IMG/VR virus record: IMGVR_UViG_3300028585_000521
Span: 1 to 41,474 of that record
Origin: a virus
Lineage: Duplodnaviria; Caudoviricetes
DNA: 41,474 nt
Direction: 5' to 3' (one strand)
Positions 24,303 through 32,915 of this stretch are shown in pieces. Made by a program: the position numbers and the translations under genes. Positions within the stretch are counted from its first letter, which is position 1. Each line of letters starts with the position of its first letter. The notes beneath the pieces are model-generated. The model ran no database searches. It was not told the origin of the DNA and saw only the letters and a program-made list of their open reading frames with translations.

Positions 24303-24390
24303 GGGGGCGGGTCAAAAGTCAGGAAGCGGTCGCTGATAGGACCGTAACGGGAAGTCTTTTTTCGCGCGTGCGAATTAAATTTTCGGACCT
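24301..24390 (+). other. Probable cos region
   Basis: GGGGGGCGGGTCAAAAGT...GGACCG...TTTTTTCGCGCGTGCGAATT lies between HNH and terS, where cos sits in HK97-like phages. The cut site cannot be determined. Confidence 0.5.
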
Positions 24391-24410
24391 AGATAAATTT
24401 GGAGGCCCCG

Positions 24411-24830
24411 ATGAGGCGAGGTCCGAAGCCTGAGACGCCATCCGCAAAAGCGGCACGGGGCACGCTCCAACCGGTGCGCGACGGGGTCAGAACCGAGATC
24501 GTCGTACCTGGCGACCCGCCAGTTCGGCCGGATTATATGACGGCCGAAGCGATCGATGTGTGGAACGAGGTCATCGGCCGCGCCATGTCGGCCGGGGTCA
24601 CCGAAATCGATAGCGCGATGCTCGCGCGATACTGCTCGACGGAGGCACTGCTGCGTGCCGCCTTCAAGGCGGGCGGCGATCCCCCGCCCGCTGCCTACCT
24701 GACGGTCTGTCGCCAGTATGAAGAACTGCTCCGCATAGCCGGACCGAAAAGCCGCGTCGGTGGCGGAGGTGGATCAGATGGCGGCAAGCCGAGCAACCCG
24801 TTCACGCGCAACGGACACGGGGCACGCTAG
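24411..24830 (+). CDS. terS: Terminase small subunit (P27-like)
   Basis: MRRGPKP start, PPVRPDYM...LARYC, PKSR; RBS GGAGG. Confidence 0.8.
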   Translation: MRRGPKPETPSAKAARGTLQPVRDGVRTEIVVPGDPPVRPDYMTAEAIDVWNEVIGRAMSAGVTEIDSAMLARYCSTEALLRAAFKAGGDPPPAAYLTVCRQYEELLRIAGPKSRVGGGGGSDGGKPSNPFTRNGHGAR

Positions 24831-26586
24831 GGATTACGCCGCGATCGCGTTGGCCTATGCGAAGAAAGCTGCAGCCGACAAGAAGCAACGTCAGCATTGC
24901 AAATGGGTTCGCCTCGCTGCGCAGCGTCACCTCGACGATCTGAAGCGGGCGCGCGTTGCTGCATGGGGCTATCGGTTCGACCCCTGGCACGCCAACGACA
25001 TCTGCGATTTCGCCGAGAAGCTGCCGCACGTCGAGGGGGTCTGGGATACCCCGACGATTACGCTTGAGCCGTTCCAGATATTCGTGCTGGCGATGGTGTT
25101 CGGATGGCGCCGGCGGGAGACTGGCGGGCGACGGTTCACCTCCGTCTATGAGGAGGTCGCCCGCAAGAACGCCAAGTCGACCAAGACCGCGCTGGTGTCG
25201 CTGTATTGTCTGGCCTGCGAGGAAGAACCGGGGCCGCAGGTGCTGACTGCGGCGACGACGTTCGATCAGGCAAAGAAGGTGTTCCACCCTGCCAAGCGGA
25301 TGGTTGAGAAGACCCCGGCCTTGCAGGAAGCGTTTGGCCTTATCCCGTGGGCCAAGTCGATCACCTGCGGCGACAACGGCGGCTACATGCAGCCGATGCA
25401 CGCCAAGGCCAAGAGTCAGGACGGGCACAATCCGCACCTCGTCACCATGGACGAGTTGCACGCCCATTCCGATCGCGGCCTGTTCGACGTGATGAACTCG
25501 GCATTCGGTGCGCGGCGCAACCCGCTCATGTGGATCATAACGACGGCGGGCTTCAACCTTCACGGCGTCTGCTACGAGCAGCGGACGCTGGCGACCAAGG
25601 TGCTGGAACGCTCGGTCATCGCTGAGCATATCTTCGCGGTCATCTTCACGATCGACCGTGCCGAGGATTACGGCGACGACCGCAAGGTAGGCGACGATCC
25701 ATACGACGCGACGAAGTGGATCAAGGCCAATCCGCTGATCGAGGCATCGCGGCCCCTGCGTGACGAAGTCGCCAAACGGGCGATCGAGGCGCAGGCCAGC
25801 CCGGCGGCCGAGGGCGAGTTCAAGACCAAGCATCTGAACGTCTGGCTGGGTGCCGCGTCTGCCTGGCTAAACGTCACGCAGTGGTCGATCTGCGCTGATC
25901 CGACGCTGACGTTGGCCGATTTCGAGGGGCTCGATTGCTATCTCGGTGGCGACCTTTCCAACGTCGACGATCTGTCCGCGCTGGTGCTGACGGCGGAAGA
26001 TGCCGGTGGCCGGCTGCTGGTGATGCCGTGGTTCTATGTGCCTGAAAAGCGGCTCAGCAGCCAGGACAACTCGCTGAAACAGGTCACCGACCTCTACAAG
26101 CAATGGGCGGCCGACGGCGCGCTGACCACCACGCCCGGTGACTTCATCGACCATCGCGTAATTGAGCAGCAAATCCGCGACATCAAGGCGGTGCTGACGG
26201 TCAAACGAGCGACGTTCGATCAGTGGAACAGCGGCCTCGCAATGGCCTCACGCCTGAACGAGGATTTCGATGACGGCGGCGAGGCCTTCGCGATCCAGTT
26301 GGCGAAGAACGCCAAAAACGTCACCGACCCGGCCAAGGCGATTGAGGCTCGGGTTAAAGCCGGCCCGACCCGGCTCCGACATGATGGCAACCCGGTGCTG
26401 ACCTGGATGATCGGTAACGCGGTCGTCGAGCGACGCGCCAATGGCAGCATCCTTCCCAAGAAGGAGACGGCCAATAGCCCGAACAAGATCGACGGAGTGG
26501 ACGCCATGATCAACGCCACCGCTCCCATGCTGCTCCCCGTAGAAGACGACGGCATCGATGCATGGATCGCGAGCCTTGCCGCATGA
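24778..26586 (+). CDS. terL: Terminase large subunit
   Basis: ARKNAKST (Walker A), MDELH (Walker B), ITTAG, GGDLS, KIDGVDA. Confidence 0.95.
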   Translation: MAASRATRSRATDTGHARDYAAIALAYAKKAAADKKQRQHCKWVRLAAQRHLDDLKRARVAAWGYRFDPWHANDICDFAEKLPHVEGVWDTPTITLEPFQIFVLAMVFGWRRRETGGRRFTSVYEEVARKNAKSTKTALVSLYCLACEEEPGPQVLTAATTFDQAKKVFHPAKRMVEKTPALQEAFGLIPWAKSITCGDNGGYMQPMHAKAKSQDGHNPHLVTMDELHAHSDRGLFDVMNSAFGARRNPLMWIITTAGFNLHGVCYEQRTLATKVLERSVIAEHIFAVIFTIDRAEDYGDDRKVGDDPYDATKWIKANPLIEASRPLRDEVAKRAIEAQASPAAEGEFKTKHLNVWLGAASAWLNVTQWSICADPTLTLADFEGLDCYLGGDLSNVDDLSALVLTAEDAGGRLLVMPWFYVPEKRLSSQDNSLKQVTDLYKQWAADGALTTTPGDFIDHRVIEQQIRDIKAVLTVKRATFDQWNSGLAMASRLNEDFDDGGEAFAIQLAKNAKNVTDPAKAIEARVKAGPTRLRHDGNPVLTWMIGNAVVERRANGSILPKKETANSPNKIDGVDAMINATAPMLLPVEDDGIDAWIASLAA

Positions 26587-27878
26587 ACGGATATAGGCTC
26601 TCCGCCCGCGCGGCCGCTGTCGAGGTGCGCACCGCCGCTGCCCGTGGCGACGTGATCGAGGCTAAGGCGATCCTGTCCCTGACCGGTCCGCTTGAGCCGG
26701 GCCAGCAGGACGGTGACAACTTCCGCTCGAACACGATCACGACCGAAGCACGGGCTGACCGTGCGAACAGCGGGCGGGGCGAAGCCGTTGGGCTTGCAGC
26801 GACCTGGGCGTGCGTCAGCTTTTGGGCGGGCAACATCGCCAGCTTGCCAGTGACCATCCAGCGCAAAATCGCCGGCGGTGTCGCGGTCGATGATGCGACG
26901 CATCCGCTCTATGGCATCCTGCACGACAGCCCAAATTACGATCAGTCGGCGTTCGACTTCTGGGAATACATGGTCGCCTGCATAGAGTTGCGCGGTAACG
27001 CCTATGCAGAGATCGAGCGCAACGCGGTCGGCGCCGTGGTGGCGCTGACGCCGATCCCCCCCGAGACGATCACCGCGACCCGGCTGCGCAGCGGCGAAAT
27101 CGAATATCGTTGGTTGGATAACACCGGGAATCGGCGCGAGCTACAGAACGACGTGCTGCATATCCGAGGCTTCGGTGGCACGGCACTGGGCGGGATTTCG
27201 CCCCTGACCGCTTGCCGTAAGACATTCGAGTCCGCGGTCGCCACCGATCGCGCTGCGGCCACCATATTTGCCAACGGCGTCCGGTCGTCGGGAGTGCTGT
27301 CGACCGAAAAGGATCTGAAGCCCGACCAGCGCCTGAAGGCCGAGGCGCTACTACAAGAGAAGTTCGTCGGCGCGCATAATGCCGGCCGTCCCATGCTGCT
27401 GGATAACGGCGTGACATGGGAGCAGCTATCGATCGATCCCGGCGACGCCGAGATGCTGGAAAGTCGGCGGTTTGGCGTCGAGGAAATCTGCCGGGTGTTC
27501 GAGGTCGACCCTCACCTCGTTGGGCAGACGCAGGGCAATACGGCGCTCGGGTCAAGTATCAGCGAGCAGACCCGGTCGGTCATGACCTTCAAGATGCGCA
27601 AGCGCATCAAGCGCCTGGAAGGGGCGCTCGGCAAGCAGTTGCTGACCCGCGCGGAACGCAAGGCCGGCTGGTCGATCAAGTTCAACGTAGAGGCATTCCT
27701 TCGCGCCGACAGTCAAGGCCGAGCCGAATACTATGACATCATGCAGCAGTTCATGACCAAGAACGAAATTCGCGCGCTTGAAGGCCTGCCACCTATTGAG
27801 GGTGGAGACGTGCTGATGGCGCAGATGCAGGATGTGCCGTTGCAGAACGTCATCAGCGGACAGGGACAAACGAAATGA
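26583..27878 (+). CDS. Portal protein, HK97 family
   Basis: WACV...IASLP, LRGNAY, VLHIR...GISP, TKNEIRALEGLPPIEGGD. Confidence 0.95.
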   Translation: MNGYRLSARAAAVEVRTAAARGDVIEAKAILSLTGPLEPGQQDGDNFRSNTITTEARADRANSGRGEAVGLAATWACVSFWAGNIASLPVTIQRKIAGGVAVDDATHPLYGILHDSPNYDQSAFDFWEYMVACIELRGNAYAEIERNAVGAVVALTPIPPETITATRLRSGEIEYRWLDNTGNRRELQNDVLHIRGFGGTALGGISPLTACRKTFESAVATDRAAATIFANGVRSSGVLSTEKDLKPDQRLKAEALLQEKFVGAHNAGRPMLLDNGVTWEQLSIDPGDAEMLESRRFGVEEICRVFEVDPHLVGQTQGNTALGSSISEQTRSVMTFKMRKRIKRLEGALGKQLLTRAERKAGWSIKFNVEAFLRADSQGRAEYYDIMQQFMTKNEIRALEGLPPIEGGDVLMAQMQDVPLQNVISGQGQTK

Positions 27879-28075
27879 CCGACGACACCAGCGCCGCCGA
27901 TCGCCTCGCAGCGCACCGCGCCAAGCTGAGTGCAGCAGGCGCCCTCCCTATGACGGTCGACGAAATCCTCGGTGGCCAGTCGCAGGCGGGCGTCCCTCGC
28001 CCGGCTTTCCTCATGGATCATGACGACGACGGGACCGTCGACGTGGTCGACCTGAACGCAAGGCAACCGGCATGA
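27875..28075 (+). CDS. Hypothetical 66-aa protein between portal and protease
   Basis: ATGA overlaps at both ends. Confidence 0.65.
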   Translation: MTDDTSAADRLAAHRAKLSAAGALPMTVDEILGGQSQAGVPRPAFLMDHDDDGTVDVVDLNARQPA

Positions 28076-28695
28076 CCGAACTTGATTTCGCCCTCGACGT
28101 AAAGTCGATCGCCGATGACGGCGAAATCGAAGGGCTGGCCGTTGGCTACGGCAACATGGATCATGGCGGCGACATCGTTGCTCCTGGCGCGATTGCCGCG
28201 TCGATCCTTGGCCGCAAGTCGCTGCCTATGCTGCTGTTCCACGATCATAAGCGCCCAGTCGGCGTCTGGCACGCATTCAACGAAATGCCCGACGGCCTGC
28301 TGGTGAAGGGCAAGTTCGACGATACCGCCGATGGCCGCGAGGCGAAGGCCCGCGCACGAAGCGGATCGCTCGGCGGCCTGTCGATGGGGTTCAAGACCTT
28401 GAAGCACCGCTTCGAAGGCAAGGCGCGGCACTTGCTGGAGGTGGCCCTGCACGAGATTTCGCTGGTGACGATCCCGATGAACGATCGGACGCGCATCATC
28501 AGCGTCAAAGACATTCTGGACAGCGGCGGCGTGCCGTCTGTCCGGGAGTTCGAGGGCTTCCTGCGGGATGCCGGGGGCTTCTCGAAATCCACGGCGGCGC
28601 AACTGGCGTCGGCGTGCAAGCCGCATCTTCGGGGGGAGCCCGAGGCGAAGGCGATCGACGAGCTGCAAGAGTTCCTGACGGCACTCCGCGGCTGA
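28072..28695 (+). CDS. Prohead protease, HK97 family
   Basis: PMLLFHD, GLSMGF, EISLVTIPMN. Confidence 0.93.
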   Translation: MTELDFALDVKSIADDGEIEGLAVGYGNMDHGGDIVAPGAIAASILGRKSLPMLLFHDHKRPVGVWHAFNEMPDGLLVKGKFDDTADGREAKARARSGSLGGLSMGFKTLKHRFEGKARHLLEVALHEISLVTIPMNDRTRIISVKDILDSGGVPSVREFEGFLRDAGGFSKSTAAQLASACKPHLRGEPEAKAIDELQEFLTALRG

Positions 28696-28723
28696 TCTTT
28701 CTCTCTGCCGGAAGGGCAATCCA

Positions 28724-29938
28724 ATGACGACCGAAACCAAGTCGGTGGCCGAGCTGGCCGCCGAGACCAAAGCCGCGTTCGAAAAGAGCCACGGTGAGGT
28801 GAAGGCAATCGCCGAAAAGGCGCTGGCTGAAGCCGAGAAGGGCATCCCGATGTCCAAGACGGCGAAGGAACTCGCCGACCAGGCGCTGACGGGCATGAAC
28901 GAGGCCAAGACACGGCTCGACGACCTTGAGCAGAAGATGGCCCGCCGCAATAGCGGTGATCCGGTCGAGCAGAAGTCGATCGGCCAGCAGTACATCGACA
29001 GCGACGAGTACAAGGGCGCGTTCGCCAACGGCGCACGGCAGGGCCAGAACGTCGGTATCGAGGTCAAGGCGATCACGTCGCTGACGACCGACGCCAACGG
29101 TTCGGCCGGTGACCTCGTCCGCCCCGAGCGCATCCAGTCGCCGATGCAGTCGCTGCCCGACCGGCAGTTGACGATCCGCAACCTGATCGCGCCCGGTCAG
29201 ACCTCATCCAGTTCGATCGAATACGTCCAGGAGACGGGGTTCGTGAACAACGCGGGCATGGTCGCGGAAGGCACGCTCAAGCCGGAGTCGACCCTGAAGC
29301 TGGACCTGAAGAACGCGCCTGTCCGCAAAATCGCGCACTGGTTCCTCGCATCGGCCGAAATCCTTGCCGACGCGCCGGGCCTGCGCTCGATGATCGACAA
29401 CCGCCTGCGCTACGGCCTCGGTTTCGTGGAGGACGTGCAGTTGCTGAAGGGTGACGGCACCGGCCAGAATCTCGCCGGCATCAAGCCGCAGGCGTCGGAC
29501 TATGCCGTGCCGACCGGCCTGACCGGGTTCGCCGCACCGACGATGATCGACAAGCTGCGCATCGCGCAGTTGCAGGTCGCGCTGGCGCTCTACCCGGCGG
29601 ATGGTCAGGTGCTACATCCGATCGACTGGGCCATCATCGAGATGATGAAGGACGGCGAGGGCCGCTATCTGATCGGCAACCCGCAGGGCACCATCGCCCC
29701 GACGCTGTGGGGCCTGCCGGTCGTGCCGTCGATGGCGCAGACGGTCGGCGAGTTCACGGTCGGCGCGTGGAAGATGGGCGCGCAGCTGTTCGACCGCGAG
29801 CAGTCGGGCGTGCTGGTGTCGACCGAGGACGGCGACAACTTCCGTCGCAACATGGTCACCATCCTCGCCGAGGAACGCCTCGCGCTGACGGTGTATCGCC
29901 CCGAGGCGTTCGTCGATGGCGCGTTCGCCAACGCCTGA
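28724..29938 (+). CDS. Major capsid protein, HK97 fold
   Basis: N-terminal coiled delta domain, VAEGTLKPES, LLKGDGTGQN, NMVTILAEERLAL...PEAFV. Confidence 0.95.
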   Translation: MTTETKSVAELAAETKAAFEKSHGEVKAIAEKALAEAEKGIPMSKTAKELADQALTGMNEAKTRLDDLEQKMARRNSGDPVEQKSIGQQYIDSDEYKGAFANGARQGQNVGIEVKAITSLTTDANGSAGDLVRPERIQSPMQSLPDRQLTIRNLIAPGQTSSSSIEYVQETGFVNNAGMVAEGTLKPESTLKLDLKNAPVRKIAHWFLASAEILADAPGLRSMIDNRLRYGLGFVEDVQLLKGDGTGQNLAGIKPQASDYAVPTGLTGFAAPTMIDKLRIAQLQVALALYPADGQVLHPIDWAIIEMMKDGEGRYLIGNPQGTIAPTLWGLPVVPSMAQTVGEFTVGAWKMGAQLFDREQSGVLVSTEDGDNFRRNMVTILAEERLALTVYRPEAFVDGAFANA

Positions 29939-29947
29939 TGACCGGGC

Positions 29948-29979
29948 CGGCGCCGCCCCCAAATCTGGGGGCGGCGCCG
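29948..29979. repeat. Perfect 14-bp GC-rich hairpin after the capsid gene (possible mRNA stabiliser)
   Basis: CGGCGCCGCCCCCA-AATC-TGGGGGCGGCGCCG; no U-tract. Confidence 0.65.
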
Positions 29980-29999
29980 CGCCAAACGAGGAACCGACG

Positions 30000-30305
30000 A
30001 TGACCGAGACGAAAACCTTTATCGTCAAGCGGGCGATGCACGGCGACGGCAAGGACTATGCCCGCGACGACACCCGCGAAATGACCGGGATCGACGCCGC
30101 CCCGCTGTTGCAGTCGGGCGCGCTGGCGCGGCCCGGCGAAGAACCGGCGACTCGCAAGCCGGCGGTGCAGCATACGTTCGGCACCCGGCCGAGCGTGGTG
30201 AACGACGGCGGCTATACCACCGCGATCGGTGACGGGATCATCACGCCCGACACGCCCGCCCCTGCTGCCCCGGCGGCCCCGCGCCGCAAGGGCGCGCAGG
30301 GCTGA
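30000..30305 (+). CDS. Hypothetical head-associated protein
   Basis: RBS GAGGA; 101 aa directly after the capsid gene. Confidence 0.65.
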   Translation: MTETKTFIVKRAMHGDGKDYARDDTREMTGIDAAPLLQSGALARPGEEPATRKPAVQHTFGTRPSVVNDGGYTTAIGDGIITPDTPAPAAPAAPRRKGAQG

Positions 30306-30367
30306 CCAGTTCGGGGCCGGTGTCCTCCCTTCGCCGGTCCCCGATCCCTTTTTGACGAGGTGCGCCA

Positions 30368-30682
30368 ATGGCTGACGAACCCGTCACGCTTGAGCAGGTG
30401 AAGGATCACCTGCGGATCAGCCAATCCCAGACCGCGCAGGACAACTATCTGAACCTCTTGATCCGCGCCGCGCGCCGGTCGATCGAGAACGACATCAGCC
30501 GGACGATCTATGCGACGCATCCTGATGTGGAGCCGCATGAGATGCCGGTGATCCAAGAAGCGGCGCTGCTGCTGATCGGGCAATGGTATGCGCACCGTGA
30601 GCCTGTGTCTGAAAAAGCGTTGAAGGAGGTTCCTAACGCCGTTGGTTGGCTGCTGTGGCCGCTCAAAACGCTGCGCATCTGA
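30368..30682 (+). CDS. Head-tail connector (HK97 gp6-like)
   Basis: PVTLEQVKDHLRI...AALLLIGQWYAHRE. Confidence 0.9.
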   Translation: MADEPVTLEQVKDHLRISQSQTAQDNYLNLLIRAARRSIENDISRTIYATHPDVEPHEMPVIQEAALLLIGQWYAHREPVSEKALKEVPNAVGWLLWPLKTLRI

Positions 30683-31017
30683 TGACGATCACGGCCGGCG
30701 AACTCGACACGCCGATCCTCTTCTTGCGTCCCGTAGCCACGCGCGATGCCTTTTCGGCAGTCAAAAAGCCCCCAGTGGTGATCGGCGAAACCTGGTCAAA
30801 GCGCAGCGACGTCAGTGACGCTGAGCGCGTCAGCGCTGCGGCACAGGGCGTGAAGCTGACCACCCGCTTCGGTGTCCGGCACGACAGCCTGACCGAGACG
30901 ATCATGAACACCGATCTGATCGAATGCGACGGCGTCCGCTATGAGATCACCGGGCGCAAGGAATGGCGCGGGCGCCGGGTCGGCATCGAGTTCAGCACGG
31001 TGGCGGTGCAAGTCTGA
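30682..31017 (+). CDS. Head closure / head-tail adaptor
   Basis: AGELDTPI...TTRFGVRH...DGVRYEI. Confidence 0.8.
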   Translation: MTITAGELDTPILFLRPVATRDAFSAVKKPPVVIGETWSKRSDVSDAERVSAAAQGVKLTTRFGVRHDSLTETIMNTDLIECDGVRYEITGRKEWRGRRVGIEFSTVAVQV

Positions 31018-31433
31018 TGGCCCGTACCAGCATGCGCCTGGAAGGCGACGCCGACATGGATAAACGGCTGAGCCAAATCGAAGGCTTGGCCGATCGCGAC
31101 TTTCTGGAGCGACTGGCGGTTGATGCCCTGGCGCCGGTTGCCGACACCGCCCGCGGCATCGTCCGGCAGCGCAGTGGCAGGTTGCATGATTCCTTGGGCG
31201 TCGGCACCCACCTGAGCCATTCGCAGGCAGCCGACGAGATCCGCGATGCCGACGTCGTCGCCGCCTACGTTGGGCCTGGTTCGATGGCGCAGGCGATCAC
31301 CGAGGAGTTCGGCACCATCAATGAACCCGGCAACCCGTACCTCCGGCCTGCATGGGACGAGAATGTCGGAGGCGTACAGGCAGCAGTGCGCAACGGTCTG
31401 GGTGACCGGTTGCACCGTCTGGCGAAGGGTTAA
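31017..31433 (+). CDS. HK97 gp10-like tail component
   Basis: SGRLHDS...EEFGT...PYLRPAWD. Confidence 0.85.
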   Translation: MARTSMRLEGDADMDKRLSQIEGLADRDFLERLAVDALAPVADTARGIVRQRSGRLHDSLGVGTHLSHSQAADEIRDADVVAAYVGPGSMAQAITEEFGTINEPGNPYLRPAWDENVGGVQAAVRNGLGDRLHRLAKG

Positions 31434-31436
31434 GTC

Positions 31437-31814
31437 ATGGAAGAAGCGCTCATCGCCCACCTGCTGGCATGGCCCGCGGTGGCAGCCTTGGCCGGCGACC
31501 GCCTCGACTGGGGCCAGCGCAATGCCGCGTTGCCGGCGGGGCGGATGCAGGTGGTCAGCAGCACGCCATTCCATACCTTCGCCGGGCGCGACGGCCTGCT
31601 GCCGTACCGGGTCCAGATCGACAGCTTCGGGCTCACCTACGGCGATGCGAAGCTGCTCGCTCGCGCCATTGACGAGGCGATGCAGGCGCTCCCCCGCCCC
31701 GCCTTCGACAGCAGCTTCCTGCTCTCCGAGCGCGACGGACAGGACAAGGATGCGGCCGACCAGCCGGTCCACCGCAACTCGCGTGATTACCGCATCCTCC
31801 ACCACACGACCTGA
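31437..31814 (+). CDS. Tail terminator/completion protein (DUF3168-like)
   Basis: MEEALIAHL...RVQIDSFG; gene position. Confidence 0.75.
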   Translation: MEEALIAHLLAWPAVAALAGDRLDWGQRNAALPAGRMQVVSSTPFHTFAGRDGLLPYRVQIDSFGLTYGDAKLLARAIDEAMQALPRPAFDSSFLLSERDGQDKDAADQPVHRNSRDYRILHHTT

Positions 31815-31831
31815 CCTGAAGGAGAATACCC

Positions 31832-32260
31832 ATGGCACAGAGCCAAGCGATGACCGGTCTCGGCATCATCCTCCGCATGAAGACCGCGCCCGCCGCCCCG
31901 GCGTTCATCGAGGTCGGCGAGGTGTTCGAGATCACCCCGCCCGAGCAGATGGATGACGAGATCGAGGTATCTCACTTCCAGTCGCCCGACGGCGTGAAGG
32001 AGTACATCGGCGGCATGACCGATCCCGGCGAATGCTCGTTCGGCATCAATTACGTCCCCGGCGGTGCGACCGAGCAGGCGATCCTGACCGCCAAGGCGCT
32101 GCGCCGCCCGGTGCCGTTCGAGATCGAATGGCCGAACGGTGCGGTCTGGGCCTTCAACAACCTCATCCGTGGCTTCCAGCCGACCGCGCCGCTGAACGAC
32201 CGCCTCACCGCGACGATCACTGGCCGGGTCAGCGGCTCGATCGTGCGTGAGGCCGCCTGA
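31832..32260 (+). CDS. Major tail tube protein
   Basis: EVSHFQSPDGVKEYIGGMTDPGECSFGINY...ATITGRVSG. Confidence 0.85.
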   Translation: MAQSQAMTGLGIILRMKTAPAAPAFIEVGEVFEITPPEQMDDEIEVSHFQSPDGVKEYIGGMTDPGECSFGINYVPGGATEQAILTAKALRRPVPFEIEWPNGAVWAFNNLIRGFQPTAPLNDRLTATITGRVSGSIVREAA

Positions 32261-32262
32261 TC

Positions 32263-32619
32263 ATGGCGAACGGCACCAAGGGCGAAGTCGCCTTCAATGC
32301 GGCCGGCGGCGGGTTCACGCTGGTCTATGACTTCAACGCGCTCTGCACGATCGAAACCGAACTCGGCATCGATCCCGACCAGCTGGGCACCATCTCCGGC
32401 CCGTCGATGGTCCGGTCGGTGTTCCGGGTCGGGCTCGACGCCCACCACCCCGGCCTGACCGACATGGAAGCTGGCCGCCTCATCCATGACATTGGTATGG
32501 AGAAGGCCGGCGAACTGATCGCCACCGCGTTCAAGGCCGCGTTCCCTGACGCGAAGCCGGCGAGTGCGGAGGGAAAGGCGCAGAGGCCGAAGAAGGCTGG
32601 GACTACGCCCGCGCGCTGA
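32263..32619 (+). CDS. Tail assembly chaperone (gpG-like)
   Basis: LVYDFNALCTIE; lies between the tube and tape measure genes; slippery site near its end. Confidence 0.8.
   Translation: MANGTKGEVAFNAAGGGFTLVYDFNALCTIETELGIDPDQLGTISGPSMVRSVFRVGLDAHHPGLTDMEAGRLIHDIGMEKAGELIATAFKAAFPDAKPASAEGKAQRPKKAGTTPAR
32571..32577 (+). promoter_or_regulatory. -1 ribosomal frameshift site G GGA AAG
   Basis: Same heptamer and phase as the lambda G/T site; the -1 frame is open to 32915. Confidence 0.85.
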
Positions 32620-32915
32620 CGATCTGGGTCGAACTTGGCTTGGAGCCGAATGGCTTCTGGCGGTCGACCCCTCGTCTCCTGTCGATGATTGCCGAGGGCA
32701 AGCGGCGGGCATCCGAAACGGCCCATCAGGAACGCATGACGCTGGCGTGGAATACGGCCGCCCTGCACCGCGCCAAGCGCATGCCGGCGCTGAAAGACGT
32801 CCTCGCCAAGAAGAAGCGCGAGCCCCGCCGCAAGGCGCTGGGGCCTGATCAACTGCTGACGATGGCACGGATGTGGTCGGCCATCGCCGGCCCCGAACCA
32901 AAGGAGGGCGTATGA
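32574..32915 (+). CDS. gpT-like frameshift extension of the tail chaperone
   Basis: -1 frame reads GAEAEEGWDYARALTIWVELGLEPNGFWRSTPR...; its stop overlaps the tape measure ATG. Confidence 0.75.
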   Translation, partial: KGAEAEEGWDYARALTIWVELGLEPNGFWRSTPRLLSMIAEGKRRASETAHQERMTLAWNTAALHRAKRMPALKDVLAKKKREPRRKALGPDQLLTMARMWSAIAGPEPKEGV

